NCBI RefSeq assembly: GCF_001457615.1
Contig: NZ_LN831024.1
Span: forward strand, 5,490,001 to 5,522,000
Reading direction: 5' to 3'
DNA length: 32,000 nt
DNA from: Pseudomonas aeruginosa
GTDB taxonomy: Bacteria; Pseudomonadota; Gammaproteobacteria; Pseudomonadales; Pseudomonadaceae
Position numbers and translations under genes: made by a program. Every line of letters starts with the position of its first letter. Position 1 is the first letter of the stretch. The notes under the pieces are model-generated. The model saw only the letters and a program-made list of their open reading frames with translations, was not told the DNA's origin and did not search any database. This document shows positions 1 through 12,853 of this stretch, piece by piece.

Positions 1-545
1 ACCGCGGCGCCGGCACCTTCGAGTTCCTCTACGAGAACGGCCGCTTCTACTTCATCGAGATGAACACTCGCGTGCAGGTGGAGCACCCGGTATCTGAGAT
101 GGTCACCGGTGTCGACATCGTCAAGGAGATGCTGCGCATCGCCTCCGGCGAGAAGCTCTCGATCCGCCAGGAGGACGTGGTCATCCGCGGCCATGCGCTG
201 GAATGCCGGATCAACGCCGAAGACCCGAAGACCTTCATGCCCAGCCCGGGCAAGGTCAAGCACTTCCACGCCCCCGGCGGCAACGGCGTGCGCGTCGACT
301 CGCACCTCTACAGCGGCTACAGCGTGCCGCCGAACTACGACTCGCTGGTCGGCAAGGTCATCACCTACGGTGCCGACCGCGACGAGGCGCTGGCGCGGAT
401 GCGCAATGCCCTGGACGAGTTGATCGTCGACGGTATCAAGACCAATACCGAACTGCACAAGGACCTGGTGCGCGACGCCGCCTTCTGCAAGGGCGGGGTG
501 AACATCCATTACCTGGAGAAGAAACTGGGTATGGACAAGCACTGA
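1..545 (+). CDS. accC: Acetyl-CoA carboxylase biotin carboxylase subunit, 3' part (5' truncated by window edge)
   Basis: Frame 3 reads through from the window edge. It contains [61 protein letters not shown], typical of the ATP-grasp/biotin carboxylase C-terminal region. Stop at 543-545. Confidence 0.97.
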   Translation, partial: RGAGTFEFLYENGRFYFIEMNTRVQVEHPVSEMVTGVDIVKEMLRIASGEKLSIRQEDVVIRGHALECRINAEDPKTFMPSPGKVKHFHAPGGNGVRVDSHLYSGYSVPPNYDSLVGKVITYGADRDEALARMRNALDELIVDGIKTNTELHKDLVRDAAFCKGGVNIHYLEKKLGMDKH

Positions 546-564
546 TCCGTCAGTCGCTGCGCAC

Positions 565-588
565 AAGGGCTGCCTCCGGGCGGCCCTT
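565..588 (+). terminator. Hairpin terminator candidate after accC
   Basis: AAGGGCTGCC-TCCG-GGCGGCCCTT forms a 10-bp stem with one G-T wobble, followed by GTCGTTTCC, about 20 nt after the accC stop. Confidence 0.65.
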
Positions 589-655
589 GTCGTTTCCGCC
601 TGCCGGCCGCCCCAACGGTGCTATCCTCGTCGCCCCTCCACCACCGGACTCCTGC

Positions 656-1522
656 ATGGAACGCATCCGCCGCTGGTACCGCCAATCGCTGGCCGCCGCG
701 ACCGAGGCCGCGACCTGCTTCGCCCTGGGTTTCAGGGAAAGCCTGCAACCCGCCGCACTCTTCCGCTCCGCGAGCCTGTGCATTCTCGTCAGCGTGCTGT
801 GCACCTGGCTGTTCGTGCATTTCTTCGAACCGATCATCCGCCTCTGCGGCTGGGCCGCGCTGTACACGGCATTCAGCGTGGCCAACTTCGCCCTGATCCC
901 CAGCGGCTCGCTGATCGAGGCCGGCAGCGGTGGCCCGTACTTCGATCCGCTGGCGGCCTTCAACGGCCTGGCGGGACTGGCGCAACTGGCGTTCTATTTC
1001 GTCGGCTATGCCGCGCTGTTCTTCGTCGCCCTGTACGCCGCCAGCATCGTCTTCGGCATCCGCCTGGGCCTGCGCATCGGCCTGCTCGGACAACTGAAGG
1101 AACAGGTCCGCCAACGCTACCCGCGACTGGCACCTGCCTCCGGCGAAAGGATCTCGCTGTGGCGTGCCGCCGGCTTCCGCCTGGCACCCTGGCTGGGCGT
1201 TTCCGGATCGATCCTGGTCGGCCTGCTGGTTCCGCTCTACAACGGTGTACTCCTGCTGCTGGCGCTGGCCTACCTGAACATCCGCTTCCTGCTGCCCGCC
1301 ACGCTGGCCGGGCTGGCCGATGCCGGCGAGCAGCTCGCCGTGCTTCGTGCTCGCCGCGGCAGCCTGTTGCTGTTCGGCCTGCTGATACTGCTCCTGGCGC
1401 TGGTGCCGCTGCTCAACCTGCTGCTGCCGGCGGTGCTCGGCGGCGGTACCTGCCACCTGGCCAATCGCGGCCTGGCGCAACTGCGCGGCGAGGCCACGGC
1501 AGAGAGTGGCAGCGCCGGCTAG
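656..1522 (+). CDS. Conserved hypothetical multi-pass membrane protein (PA4849-like)
   Basis: [34 protein letters not shown]... has several hydrophobic stretches. The position between accC and prmA matches P. aeruginosa gene order. ATG at 656 is in frame with the stop at 1522. Confidence 0.8.
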   Translation: MERIRRWYRQSLAAATEAATCFALGFRESLQPAALFRSASLCILVSVLCTWLFVHFFEPIIRLCGWAALYTAFSVANFALIPSGSLIEAGSGGPYFDPLAAFNGLAGLAQLAFYFVGYAALFFVALYAASIVFGIRLGLRIGLLGQLKEQVRQRYPRLAPASGERISLWRAAGFRLAPWLGVSGSILVGLLVPLYNGVLLLLALAYLNIRFLLPATLAGLADAGEQLAVLRARRGSLLLFGLLILLLALVPLLNLLLPAVLGGGTCHLANRGLAQLRGEATAESGSAG

Positions 1523-1546
1523 CCTCAAGTAAGCTTGCGCGGTGGA

Positions 1547-1574
1547 AAACGGGTCGCCCCTGGGCGGCCCGTTT
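1547..1574 (+). terminator. Hairpin terminator candidate upstream of prmA
   Basis: AAACGGGTCGCC-CCTG-GGCGGCCCGTTT forms a 12-bp stem with one wobble, followed by CGTTTA. Confidence 0.65.
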
Positions 1575-1602
1575 CGTTTACAGCCGCAACAGAGGTCGCC
1601 CC

Positions 1603-2487
1603 ATGCCCTGGTTACAAGTTCGCCTGGCCATCACCCCGGAACAGGCCGAAACCTACGAAGACGCCCTGCTCGAAGTCGGCGCCGTCTCCGTGACCTTCAT
1701 GGACGCCGAAGACCAGCCGATCTTCGAGCCGGACCTCGGCACCACCCCGCTGTGGTCGCGCACCCACCTGCTGGCGCTGTTCGAAGCGGACACCGATGAG
1801 ACCGCCCTGCTCGCCCACCTCGCCTTGCTTACCGGCGGCGACCTGCCCGAGCACCATGTCGAGGAAATCGCCGACCAGGATTGGGAACGCAGCTGGATGG
1901 ACAACTTCCAGCCGATGCGTTTCGGCCGCCGCCTGTGGATCGTGCCGAGCTGGCACGCCGCCCCCGAGCCGGACGCGGTCAACCTGCTGCTCGATCCGGG
2001 CCTGGCCTTCGGCACCGGCACCCACCCGACCACCGCGCTGTGCCTGGAATGGCTCGACGGCCAGGAACTGGCCGGCCGGCAGGTGCTCGACTTCGGCTGC
2101 GGCTCGGGAATCCTCGCCATCGCCGCGCTGCTGCTCGGCGCCGAACGGGCGGTCGGCACCGACATCGATCCACAGGCCCTGGAAGCCTCGCGCGACAATG
2201 CCTCGCGCAACGGTATCGAGCCCGCGCGGTTCCCTGTCTACCTGCCGGCGGACCTGCCGCAGCGACAGGCCGACGTGCTGGTCGCCAATATCCTCGCCGG
2301 CCCGCTGGTTTCCCTCGCCCCGCAACTGACCGGCCTGGTACGTCCCGGCGGCCTGCTGGCGTTGTCCGGCATCCTCGCCGAGCAGGCCGCGGAGGTCCGC
2401 GCGGCCTACTCCGCACACTTCGATCTCGACCCGACCGCCGAGCGCGAAGGCTGGATCCGCATCAGCGGCCGCCGCCGCGCCGATTGA
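1603..2487 (+). CDS. prmA: Ribosomal protein L11 methyltransferase
   Basis: [43 protein letters not shown]...[24 protein letters not shown]...[20 protein letters not shown]...NILAGPL carries hallmark PrmA motifs. Confidence 0.97.
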   Translation: MPWLQVRLAITPEQAETYEDALLEVGAVSVTFMDAEDQPIFEPDLGTTPLWSRTHLLALFEADTDETALLAHLALLTGGDLPEHHVEEIADQDWERSWMDNFQPMRFGRRLWIVPSWHAAPEPDAVNLLLDPGLAFGTGTHPTTALCLEWLDGQELAGRQVLDFGCGSGILAIAALLLGAERAVGTDIDPQALEASRDNASRNGIEPARFPVYLPADLPQRQADVLVANILAGPLVSLAPQLTGLVRPGGLLALSGILAEQAAEVRAAYSAHFDLDPTAEREGWIRISGRRRAD

Positions 2488-2582
2488 TGGCGCGCCGCCA
2501 GCCACCACTGATCCCGCCCCACTGCCTTCGTGCAAGAAGCTTGGGGTAGACTAGCCGCCGGATTTTCCCTACGGATCGCCGC

Positions 2583-3860
2583 ATGAGCGAAAGCGTCATC
2601 ACCCAATGTCCCCATTGCAGCACCAGTTTCCGCGTCAACGACGCGCAACTGGGCGCCGCCAATGGCGCGGTCCGCTGCGGCACCTGCCTGAAAGTCTTCA
2701 ACGCCCTGCAACACCAGGTCGGTGGCGCGCCGCGCGCGAACGCTCCTTCGGCAGCCGAAGCGAAGCCGGCCGCCGCTCCGCCACCCGCGCCCAGCGTCGC
2801 GGCCGCCACCTCGGCCGCGCCCCCGGCAGCGCGCCCGCGCGACGAAACCCTGTGGATCCATGACGACCTCGACCTGGACAGCCTCAACCTCGACGAGGAA
2901 CTGGCCAAGCTCGACGAATTCGAGCTGAACCAGGAATTCTCCAGCATCGAGAAGGCCCCGCGACCGGCGGAAAGCCTGCTGGCGCGCCGCGACGACGAAC
3001 GCGATCCACATGACGAACGCTGGGCCGAGGCGCTGATCGCCGATGCCGAACCGGCCCAGCCGGCGCGCGGCAATCCGCGCCAGGAACCGAGCCTCGGCGA
3101 ACCGCTGGCGGAAGAGCGGGTATCCTTCGTGCCGCTGCGCCGCGCCGAGGATCCGCCGGAACTTCGCCTCAGCCTCGATGACGACGATGACGACGAGCCC
3201 AGCCTCGGCAAGCGCCGCCACGGCCTGAGCGCCCTGGATGAAGACGACGAGGAAAGCGCCGAGGAACAGTCCGTCGCGCCCCTGGGCAGCGCCCGCAAAC
3301 CGGACGAGGCGCCGGTCGAGAGTCTCGACCAGTTGCGCGACGAGCCGCTGCAACTGGCCTGGGAGAAGCCCCGGCGCCAATGGCCGCGGCGTCTCGGCTG
3401 GCTGCTGCTGATCCTGCTGGCGCTGGGCGGTCTCGCCGCTCAGTACATCGCCTACCATTTCGACGAACTGGCGCGCCAGGACGCCTATCGCCCCTGGTTC
3501 GCCCAGCTCTGCCCGGAAATCGGCTGCACCCTTCCCTCCAAGGTCGACGTGGAGCAGATCAGGAGCAGCAACCTGGTGGTCCGCAGCCATCCCGAATTCA
3601 GCGGCGCGCTGGTGGTCGACGCGATCATCTACAATCGCGCCAGCTTCTCGCAGCCGTTCCCGCTGCTGGAACTGCGCTTCGCCGACCTCAACGGCCACCT
3701 CATCGCCAATCGCCGCTTCAAGCCCGGCGAGTACCTCGGCGGCGAGCTGGCCGGACGAACGGAAATGCCACCGCAGGTACCGATCCACGTGTCGCTGGAC
3801 ATCCTCGACCCGGGTCCGAAGGCGGTGAACTACAGCCTGAGCTTCCATTCCCCGGAGTGA
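2583..3860 (+). CDS. Zinc-ribbon (MJ0042-type) / DUF3426-like membrane protein
   Basis: The N-terminus MSESVITQCPHCSTSFRVNDAQLGAANGAVRCGTCLKVFNA has two CxxC pairs. An acidic low-complexity linker, one TM segment (LGWLLLILLALGGLAAQY) and a C-terminal DUF3426-like domain (PLLELRFADLNGHLIANRRFKPGEYL) follow. Confidence 0.88.
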   Translation: MSESVITQCPHCSTSFRVNDAQLGAANGAVRCGTCLKVFNALQHQVGGAPRANAPSAAEAKPAAAPPPAPSVAAATSAAPPAARPRDETLWIHDDLDLDSLNLDEELAKLDEFELNQEFSSIEKAPRPAESLLARRDDERDPHDERWAEALIADAEPAQPARGNPRQEPSLGEPLAEERVSFVPLRRAEDPPELRLSLDDDDDDEPSLGKRRHGLSALDEDDEESAEEQSVAPLGSARKPDEAPVESLDQLRDEPLQLAWEKPRRQWPRRLGWLLLILLALGGLAAQYIAYHFDELARQDAYRPWFAQLCPEIGCTLPSKVDVEQIRSSNLVVRSHPEFSGALVVDAIIYNRASFSQPFPLLELRFADLNGHLIANRRFKPGEYLGGELAGRTEMPPQVPIHVSLDILDPGPKAVNYSLSFHSPE

Positions 3861-4063
3861 CCGGAAAGACCTCGCCGGTCGCCGCCGGGCCGCTACGCCC
3901 ACCCGCTCGCGCGGAGCGCCAGGCGCAAGTGCCGCTCGTCTTCCAACTGTAAGAACTAAGGAATCGGCTGTTCAGAATTTATCCAAAACAGCCTTTATCC
4001 GGTCATCCAGAGCGGGTATCATGCCCTCCCTTTTTTCGCAGCACCGCAAGACAGGGAAGCCCC

Positions 4064-5062
4064 ATGTCGGTGGTACGCATCGGCCCATATACACTGCCCA
4101 ACAGACTGATCCTCGCGCCGATGGCCGGGGTGACCGATCGTCCGTTCCGTCAGCTTTGCCGTCGCCTTGGCGCCGGGATGGTGGTATCGGAGATGGTGAC
4201 CAGCGACGTCCGCCTGTGGAACAGCCGCAAGTCGCGCCTGCGCCTGATCCACGATGGCGAGGACGAGCCGCGCTCGGTGCAGATCGCCGGCGGCGATCCG
4301 GCCATGCTGGCCGAGGCCGCGCAGCGCAATGTGGAACTCGGTGCGCAGATCATCGACATCAACATGGGCTGCCCGGCGAAGAAGGTATGCAACAAGGCAG
4401 CGGGGTCCGCCCTGCTGCGGGACGAGGCGCTGGTCGCCGAGATCCTCGATGCCGTGGTCAGGGCGGTCGACGTACCGGTCACCCTGAAGATCCGGACCGG
4501 CTGGGACCGGGACAACCGTAACGGCGTCACCGTCGCGAAGCTCGCCGAACAGGCGGGGATCCAGGCTCTTGCGGTGCATGGCCGGACCCGCGCCGACCTG
4601 TACACCGGGGAGGCGGAGTACGAGACCATCGCGGCGATCAAGCAGGCCGTGTCGATACCGGTGTTCGCCAATGGCGACATCGATTCGCCGGAAAAGGCCA
4701 GGAAAGTCATCGAGCAGACCGGGGTGGATGCCCTGCTGATCGGTCGGGCCGCCCAGGGAAGACCGTGGATTTTCCGCGAGATCGACCATTACCTGCGGAC
4801 CGGCGAGCACCTGCCGGCGGCGCCGCTTCCCGAAGTGCAGAGCATCCTGCTCGAACACCTCGCGGAGCTGCACCTTTTTTATGGGGAAGAAATGGGTGTG
4901 CGGATCGCCCGCAAGCATGTGGGGTGGTATCTCGCGACTCTGCCGGGCGCAAGGGAATTCCGCGCCCAGTTCAATCGTTTGCAGGACACGGATGCGCAGT
5001 GCGCCAGCGTCAGGCAGTTCTTCGCCGAGCGCCAGAACAACGGAACAGGGGTGGCCGCATGA
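4064..5062 (+). CDS. dusB: tRNA-dihydrouridine synthase B
   Basis: [44 protein letters not shown]...[20 protein letters not shown]...VHGRTR, and it lies immediately upstream of fis. Confidence 0.97.
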   Translation: MSVVRIGPYTLPNRLILAPMAGVTDRPFRQLCRRLGAGMVVSEMVTSDVRLWNSRKSRLRLIHDGEDEPRSVQIAGGDPAMLAEAAQRNVELGAQIIDINMGCPAKKVCNKAAGSALLRDEALVAEILDAVVRAVDVPVTLKIRTGWDRDNRNGVTVAKLAEQAGIQALAVHGRTRADLYTGEAEYETIAAIKQAVSIPVFANGDIDSPEKARKVIEQTGVDALLIGRAAQGRPWIFREIDHYLRTGEHLPAAPLPEVQSILLEHLAELHLFYGEEMGVRIARKHVGWYLATLPGAREFRAQFNRLQDTDAQCASVRQFFAERQNNGTGVAA

Positions 5063-5382
5063 CAACGATGACGACCGAGACTTTAGTGAGTGGAACAACG
5101 CCCGTGAGCGACAACGCCAACCTGAAACAGCACCTCACCACGCCGACGCAAGAAGGGCAGACCCTGCGCGACAGCGTGGAGAAGGCATTGCACAACTACT
5201 TCGCCCACCTCGAAGGGCAGCCGGTCACGGACGTTTACAACATGGTGCTCTGCGAAGTCGAAGCGCCGCTGCTGGAAACCGTCATGAACCACGTCAAGGG
5301 GAACCAGACCAAGGCCTCCGAGCTACTCGGCCTGAACCGCGGGACCCTGCGCAAGAAACTCAAGCAATACGATCTTCTTTAA
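5059..5382 (+). CDS. fis: DNA-binding protein Fis
   Basis: ...[72 protein letters not shown] is the Fis C-terminal HTH. The start overlaps the dusB stop (ATGA). Confidence 0.97.
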   Translation: MTTMTTETLVSGTTPVSDNANLKQHLTTPTQEGQTLRDSVEKALHNYFAHLEGQPVTDVYNMVLCEVEAPLLETVMNHVKGNQTKASELLGLNRGTLRKKLKQYDLL

Positions 5383-5461
5383 GAGCGGCGGCGGGCTCCG
5401 GCCAAGGGCGCGCGTCCCGGCCGGCACCCGCGGCCGGAAGCCAGCCCTCAGGACCCTTGCA

Positions 5462-7069
5462 ATGACCGACCAAACCACCCGCCTGCCCATCCGCCGCGCG
5501 CTGATCAGCGTTTCCGACAAGACCGGCGTCGTCGACTTCGCCCGTGAGCTGGTCGCCCTCGGCGTGGAAATCCTTTCCACCGGCGGCACCTACAAGCTGC
5601 TCCGGGACAACGGCATCTCTGCCGTGGAAGTGGCCGACTACACCGGCTTCCCGGAAATGATGGACGGTCGGGTGAAGACCCTGCACCCGAAGGTGCATGG
5701 CGGTATCCTCGGTCGCCGCGACCTGGACGGCGCGGTCATGGAGCAGCACGGCATCAAGCCGATCGACCTGGTGGCGGTCAACCTGTATCCCTTCGAGGCC
5801 ACGGTGGCCAGGCCCGACTGCGACCTGCCTACCGCCATCGAGAACATCGATATCGGCGGACCGACCATGGTCCGTTCGGCGGCGAAGAACCACAAGGATG
5901 TCGCCATCGTGGTCAATGCCGGCGACTACGCCGCCGTGATCGAATCCCTCAAGGCCGGCGGCCTGACCTACGCCCAGCGTTTCGACCTGGCCCTCAAGGC
6001 GTTCGAGCACACCTCCGCCTACGACGGCATGATCGCCAACTACCTGGGTACCATCGACCAGACCCGCGATACCCTAGGCACCGCCGACCGCGGCGCCTTC
6101 CCGCGCACCTTCAACAGTCAGTTCGTCAAGGCCCAGGAAATGCGCTACGGCGAGAACCCGCACCAGAGCGCGGCGTTCTACGTCGAGGCGAAGAAGGGCG
6201 AGGCCAGCGTCTCCACCGCCATCCAGTTGCAGGGCAAGGAACTGTCGTTCAACAACGTCGCCGACACCGACGCCGCCCTGGAATGCGTGAAGAGCTTCCT
6301 CAAGCCGGCCTGCGTGATCGTCAAGCATGCCAACCCCTGCGGCGTCGCCGTGGTGCCGGAAGACGAAGGCGGCATCCGCAAGGCCTACGACCTGGCCTAC
6401 GCCACCGATAGCGAATCGGCGTTCGGCGGCATCATCGCCTTCAACCGCGAGCTGGACGGCGAAACCGCCAAGGCCATCGTCGAGCGCCAGTTCGTCGAGG
6501 TGATCATCGCGCCGAAGATTTCCGCCGCCGCCCGCGAGGTGGTCGCCGCCAAGGCCAACGTACGCCTGCTCGAATGCGGCGAATGGCCAGCCGAGCGCGC
6601 CCCGGGCTGGGACTTCAAGCGGGTCAACGGCGGCCTGCTGGTACAGAGCCGCGACATCGGCATGATCAAGGCCGAGGACCTGAAGATCGTCACTCGCCGC
6701 GCGCCCACCGAGCAGGAGATCCACGACCTGATCTTCGCCTGGAAGGTGGCCAAGTTCGTCAAGTCCAACGCCATCGTCTACGCCAGGAACCGCCAGACCG
6801 TCGGCGTCGGCGCCGGCCAGATGAGCCGGGTCAACTCCGCACGGATCGCCGCGATCAAGGCCGAGCACGCCGGCCTGGAAGTGAAAGGCGCGGTGATGGC
6901 TTCCGACGCCTTCTTCCCGTTCCGCGACGGCATCGACAACGCGGCCAAGGCCGGCATCACCGCGGTGATCCAGCCGGGCGGCTCGATGCGCGACAACGAA
7001 GTGATCGCGGCGGCCGACGAGGCGGATATCGCGATGGTGTTCACTGGCATGCGCCATTTCCGCCATTGA
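5462..7069 (+). CDS. purH: Bifunctional AICAR formyltransferase / IMP cyclohydrolase
   Basis: [52 protein letters not shown]...[17 protein letters not shown]...[10 protein letters not shown]. Confidence 0.98.
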   Translation: MTDQTTRLPIRRALISVSDKTGVVDFARELVALGVEILSTGGTYKLLRDNGISAVEVADYTGFPEMMDGRVKTLHPKVHGGILGRRDLDGAVMEQHGIKPIDLVAVNLYPFEATVARPDCDLPTAIENIDIGGPTMVRSAAKNHKDVAIVVNAGDYAAVIESLKAGGLTYAQRFDLALKAFEHTSAYDGMIANYLGTIDQTRDTLGTADRGAFPRTFNSQFVKAQEMRYGENPHQSAAFYVEAKKGEASVSTAIQLQGKELSFNNVADTDAALECVKSFLKPACVIVKHANPCGVAVVPEDEGGIRKAYDLAYATDSESAFGGIIAFNRELDGETAKAIVERQFVEVIIAPKISAAAREVVAAKANVRLLECGEWPAERAPGWDFKRVNGGLLVQSRDIGMIKAEDLKIVTRRAPTEQEIHDLIFAWKVAKFVKSNAIVYARNRQTVGVGAGQMSRVNSARIAAIKAEHAGLEVKGAVMASDAFFPFRDGIDNAAKAGITAVIQPGGSMRDNEVIAAADEADIAMVFTGMRHFRH

Positions 7070-7100
7070 GTATCACGGCGGCTGAGCGCGATGCGGCCAG

Positions 7101-7153
7101 CCGCCCTACCCACGAATTTCACGCAGGGCGGATAACGCGGCGCGTTACCCGCC
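7101..7153. repeat. Palindromic GCGGATAAC-type intergenic repeat (diverged copy) between purH and purD
   Basis: CCGCCCT...AGGGCGG forms one hairpin and GGCGGATAACGC...GCGTTACCCGCC a second. It shares the GCCCTAC / GGCGGATAAC words with the other copies in this window. Confidence 0.6.
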
Positions 7154-7172
7154 GTTGCGCCAGGAGAACCCC

Positions 7173-8462
7173 ATGAACGTACTCATCATCGGCAGCGGCG
7201 GTCGTGAACATGCCCTGGCCTGGAAAGTCGCCCAAGACCCGCGCGTGGCGAAGGTCTTCGTCGCCCCGGGCAACGCCGGCACCGCCACCGAAGCCAAGTG
7301 CGAGAACGTCGCCATCGACGTGCTGGCCCTGGAGCAACTGGCCGACTTCGCCGCGAAGAACGTCCAGTTGACCATCGTCGGTCCCGAGGCGCCGCTGGTG
7401 GCAGGCGTGGTCGACCTGTTCCGCGAGCGCGGCCTGGATATCTTCGGCCCGACCGCCGGCGCCGCCCAGCTGGAAGGCTCGAAGGCCTTCACCAAGGACT
7501 TCCTCGCCCGCCACCGGATCCCCACCGCCGCCTATCGCAACTTCACCGAGGTCGAGCCGGCCCTGGCCTACCTGCACGAGCAGGGCGCGCCCATCGTCAT
7601 CAAGGCCGATGGCCTGGCCGCGGGCAAGGGCGTGATCGTCGCCATGAACCTGGACGAAGCCGAAGCCGCCGTGCGCGACATGCTCGCCGGCAATGCCTTC
7701 GGCGACGCCGGCTCGCGCGTGGTGATCGAGGAGTTCCTCGATGGCGAGGAGGCCAGCTTCATCGTCATGGTCGACGGCCAGAACGTGCTGCCGATGGCCA
7801 CCAGCCAGGACCACAAGCGCGTCGGCGATGGCGACAGCGGGCCGAACACCGGCGGCATGGGCGCCTACTCGCCGGCCCCGGTGGTCACCGCCGAGGTCCA
7901 CCAGCGGGTGCTGGACGAAGTGATCTACCCGACCGTGCGCGGCATGGCCGAGGAAGGCAACGTCTATACCGGCTTCCTCTATGCCGGCCTGATGATCGAC
8001 AAGAGCGGCGCGCCCAAGGTCATCGAATTCAACTGCCGCTTCGGCGATCCGGAAACCCAGCCGATCATGGTCCGCCTGGAGTCCTCCCTGGTCCTGCTGG
8101 TCGAGGCCGCCCTGGCCAAGGCGCTGGACAAGGTCGAGGCGACCTGGGACCCGCGTCCGACCGTGGGCGTGGTACTGGCCGCCGGCGGCTATCCGGGCGA
8201 CTACGCCAAGGGCGAGGTCATCGAAGGCCTGGCCGAGGCCGCCGCGCTGGAGGGCAAGGTGTTCCACGCCGGCACCGCGCTGAAGGATGGCCAGGTGGTC
8301 ACCTCCGGCGGCCGCGTGCTCTGTGCCACCGCCATCGGCGAGAGCGTGTCCGCCGCCCAGCAACAGGCCTATCGCCTGGCCGAGAAGATCCGCTGGAACG
8401 GCTGCTTCTACCGCAAGGACATCGGCTACCGTGCCATCGCCCGCGAGCGCGGCGAGTCCTGA
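7173..8462 (+). CDS. purD: Phosphoribosylamine--glycine ligase
   Basis: MNVLIIGSGGREHALAWKVAQDPRVAKVFVAPGNAGTATE...IVIKADGLAAGKGVIVA...FNCRFGDPETQP. The ATG is preceded by AGGAGAA. Confidence 0.98.
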   Translation: MNVLIIGSGGREHALAWKVAQDPRVAKVFVAPGNAGTATEAKCENVAIDVLALEQLADFAAKNVQLTIVGPEAPLVAGVVDLFRERGLDIFGPTAGAAQLEGSKAFTKDFLARHRIPTAAYRNFTEVEPALAYLHEQGAPIVIKADGLAAGKGVIVAMNLDEAEAAVRDMLAGNAFGDAGSRVVIEEFLDGEEASFIVMVDGQNVLPMATSQDHKRVGDGDSGPNTGGMGAYSPAPVVTAEVHQRVLDEVIYPTVRGMAEEGNVYTGFLYAGLMIDKSGAPKVIEFNCRFGDPETQPIMVRLESSLVLLVEAALAKALDKVEATWDPRPTVGVVLAAGGYPGDYAKGEVIEGLAEAAALEGKVFHAGTALKDGQVVTSGGRVLCATAIGESVSAAQQQAYRLAEKIRWNGCFYRKDIGYRAIARERGES

Positions 8463-8565
8463 CCGGGCCCGAAGCCGCGGGCGCCGCACGGCGCTTCCGC
8501 GGCCTATGCCGTTGCCACGGCCACTTGGCTATAATCCGGCCATTCACCTTCGAAGGGACTTCGCC

Positions 8566-11394
<2,829 letters not shown>

Positions 11395-11430
11395 GGGCAG
11401 CGACGTGCTCCGGCGCTGCACCCGGCCTCC

Positions 11431-11720
11431 GCCACGGCGGATAACCGCACGCGGTTATTCGCCCTACGCCCCGGTGGTCCCGCCCCTGTAGGGCGCATGA
11501 CGCCAACGGCGTTATCCGCCGACACCGCCATTTCCGCCACGGCGGATAACCGCACGCGGCTATTCGCCCTACGCCCCGGTGGTCCCGCCTCCCGTAGGGC
11601 GCATAACGCCACCGATACCGCCATTTCCGCCACGGCGGATAACCGCAAGCGGCTATTCGCCCTACGCCCCGGTGGTCCCGGCTCCCGTAGGGCGCATGAC
11701 GCCAACGGCGTTATCCGCCG
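11431..11720. repeat. Cluster of three tandem palindromic intergenic repeats
   Basis: GCCACGGCGGATAACCGCA(C/A)GCGG(T/C)TATTCGCCCTACGCCCCGGTGGTCCCG...GTAGGGCGCAT(G/A)ACGCC occurs at 11431, 11536 and 11632, giving offsets of 105 and 96 nt. Confidence 0.92.
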
Positions 11721-11835
11721 ACATCCGGCCTCGTTGTCACATGCCACGCGAACCGGCATATTGCCAACCCGCCGGACATCGCACCGGCCCGTCGCACGCT
11801 ATGCTCATGCCCACACCCGGACCGGAAGCGCCTCC

Positions 11836-12429
11836 ATGCATTTGCTGTTCAGCGTCTACCTGAAGATGCTGGTGCTCTATAGCCCCTTCTTCGTGCTGTC
11901 CTGCTTCATCAGCCTCAGCCGCGGCTTCGGCCCGCGCGACCGCAAGCGCATGGCCTGGCGGGTGGCCCTGGCGGCGCTGATCGCCAGCGTCGCGCTGTAC
12001 CTGTTCGGCCGCTACATCTTCATCCTCTTCGGTATCACCGCCGACGCCTTCCGCATCGGCGCCGGCAGCGTGCTGTTCATCTCCGCGCTGGGCATGGCCC
12101 AGGGCCGCGCGGCGGTGCAGAGCGACAACGTGCAGCAGGACGTGACCATCGTCCCGCTGACCATTCCTCTCACCGTCGGCCCCGGCACCATCGGCGCGCT
12201 GCTGGTGATGGGCGTCGGCCAGGGCTGGGAGGCCAAGCTGATCTCCCTGGTGGCGATCTTCCTCGCCTGCCTGACCCTCGGCACCACGCTCTATCTTTCC
12301 GACCGCATCGAACGCCTGCTTGGCGACCAGGGGCTACAGATCGTCAGTCGCCTGATGGGCCTGTTCGTCTGCGCACTGGCGGCGCAGATCATCGTCACCG
12401 GCCTGAAGGGTTCGCTGTTCCCAGGCTGA
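11836..12429 (+). CDS. MarC-family integral membrane protein
   Basis: MHLLFSVYLKMLVLYSPFFVLSCFISLSRGFGPRDRKRMAWRVALAALIASVALYLFGRYIFILFGITADAFRIGAGSVLFISALGM...LTVGPGTIGALLVMG has a MarC-like pattern and multiple TMs. Confidence 0.88.
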   Translation: MHLLFSVYLKMLVLYSPFFVLSCFISLSRGFGPRDRKRMAWRVALAALIASVALYLFGRYIFILFGITADAFRIGAGSVLFISALGMAQGRAAVQSDNVQQDVTIVPLTIPLTVGPGTIGALLVMGVGQGWEAKLISLVAIFLACLTLGTTLYLSDRIERLLGDQGLQIVSRLMGLFVCALAAQIIVTGLKGSLFPG

Positions 12430-12472
12430 GCGCACCAGCCTGAGGCGGACGCCCTGGATGCCGCGCCCTGAC

Positions 12473-12487
12473 GCACCGCGGTGGTGC
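12473..12487. promoter_or_regulatory. Candidate NtrC-type binding site upstream of urtA
   Basis: GCACCGCGGTGGTGC has perfect inverted 5-nt arms (GCACC/GGTGC) with 5-nt spacing, resembling the NtrC consensus GCACC(A)NNN(T)GGTGC. Confidence 0.4.
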
Positions 12488-12708
12488 CAGGACGGAGCGA
12501 CGGCGTACCCATGGACGCGCCGCCGGCGGCAAGGAGGGAGGTCAGCGCGACGCCTCCCCTTCCGGAGCCCACGGCGCCTTCTCCGTCGATATCCGGCGAA
12601 AACCCGTTGAAAACGCAGCCTTCCCCGGCATAGCCAGACCTGCTCGGCATGCTTCCCTGGCGACTCGCGGCGCCTTTTCGCCGACCGATACCGGCCAGCG
12701 CCAAGAAG

Positions 12709-12723
12709 AGGCACAGCCTTTGC
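12709..12723 (+). promoter_or_regulatory. Candidate sigma-54 (-24/-12) promoter for the urt operon
   Basis: AGGCACAGCCTTTGC has GG at 12710-12711 and GC at 12722-12723 with exactly 10 intervening nt. It matches the (T)GGCAC-N5-TTGC core and lies about 130 nt before urtA. Confidence 0.55.
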
Positions 12724-12853
12724 TCTGGAGCCTCGACGAAGAGATCCAGGCCGCAGTGCGCACCCCGCCGTCCACCGGACGGATGCCCGACGACAAGCAC
12801 GACGCCTCCTGAAAACTGCCGCCCCGACCGCTGGTGAATGGAGAACAACACCA

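Noticed and set aside
778-1602. N-terminal extension of the ORF containing prmA
   Set aside because: It overlaps the membrane-protein gene at 656-1522 and reads as Arg/Pro-rich noise. PrmA starts at ATG 1603.
2406-3902. 498-aa minus-strand ORF opposite the zinc-ribbon protein
   Set aside because: The + strand encodes a recognisable CxxC zinc ribbon plus DUF3426-like domain. The minus translation is low-complexity GC-frame noise.
11431-11720. Possible CRISPR array
   Set aside because: There are only three units, with about 96-105 nt period, whole-unit similarity rather than repeat plus unique spacers, internal dyad symmetry, and no cas genes.
11497-11835. Upstream extension of the MarC-like ORF and short ORFs over 11340-11863
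   Set aside because: The sequence is the palindromic repeat cluster. Repeated peptide phrases (RLFALRPGGP, ATDTAISATADNR) reflect DNA repeats, not protein.
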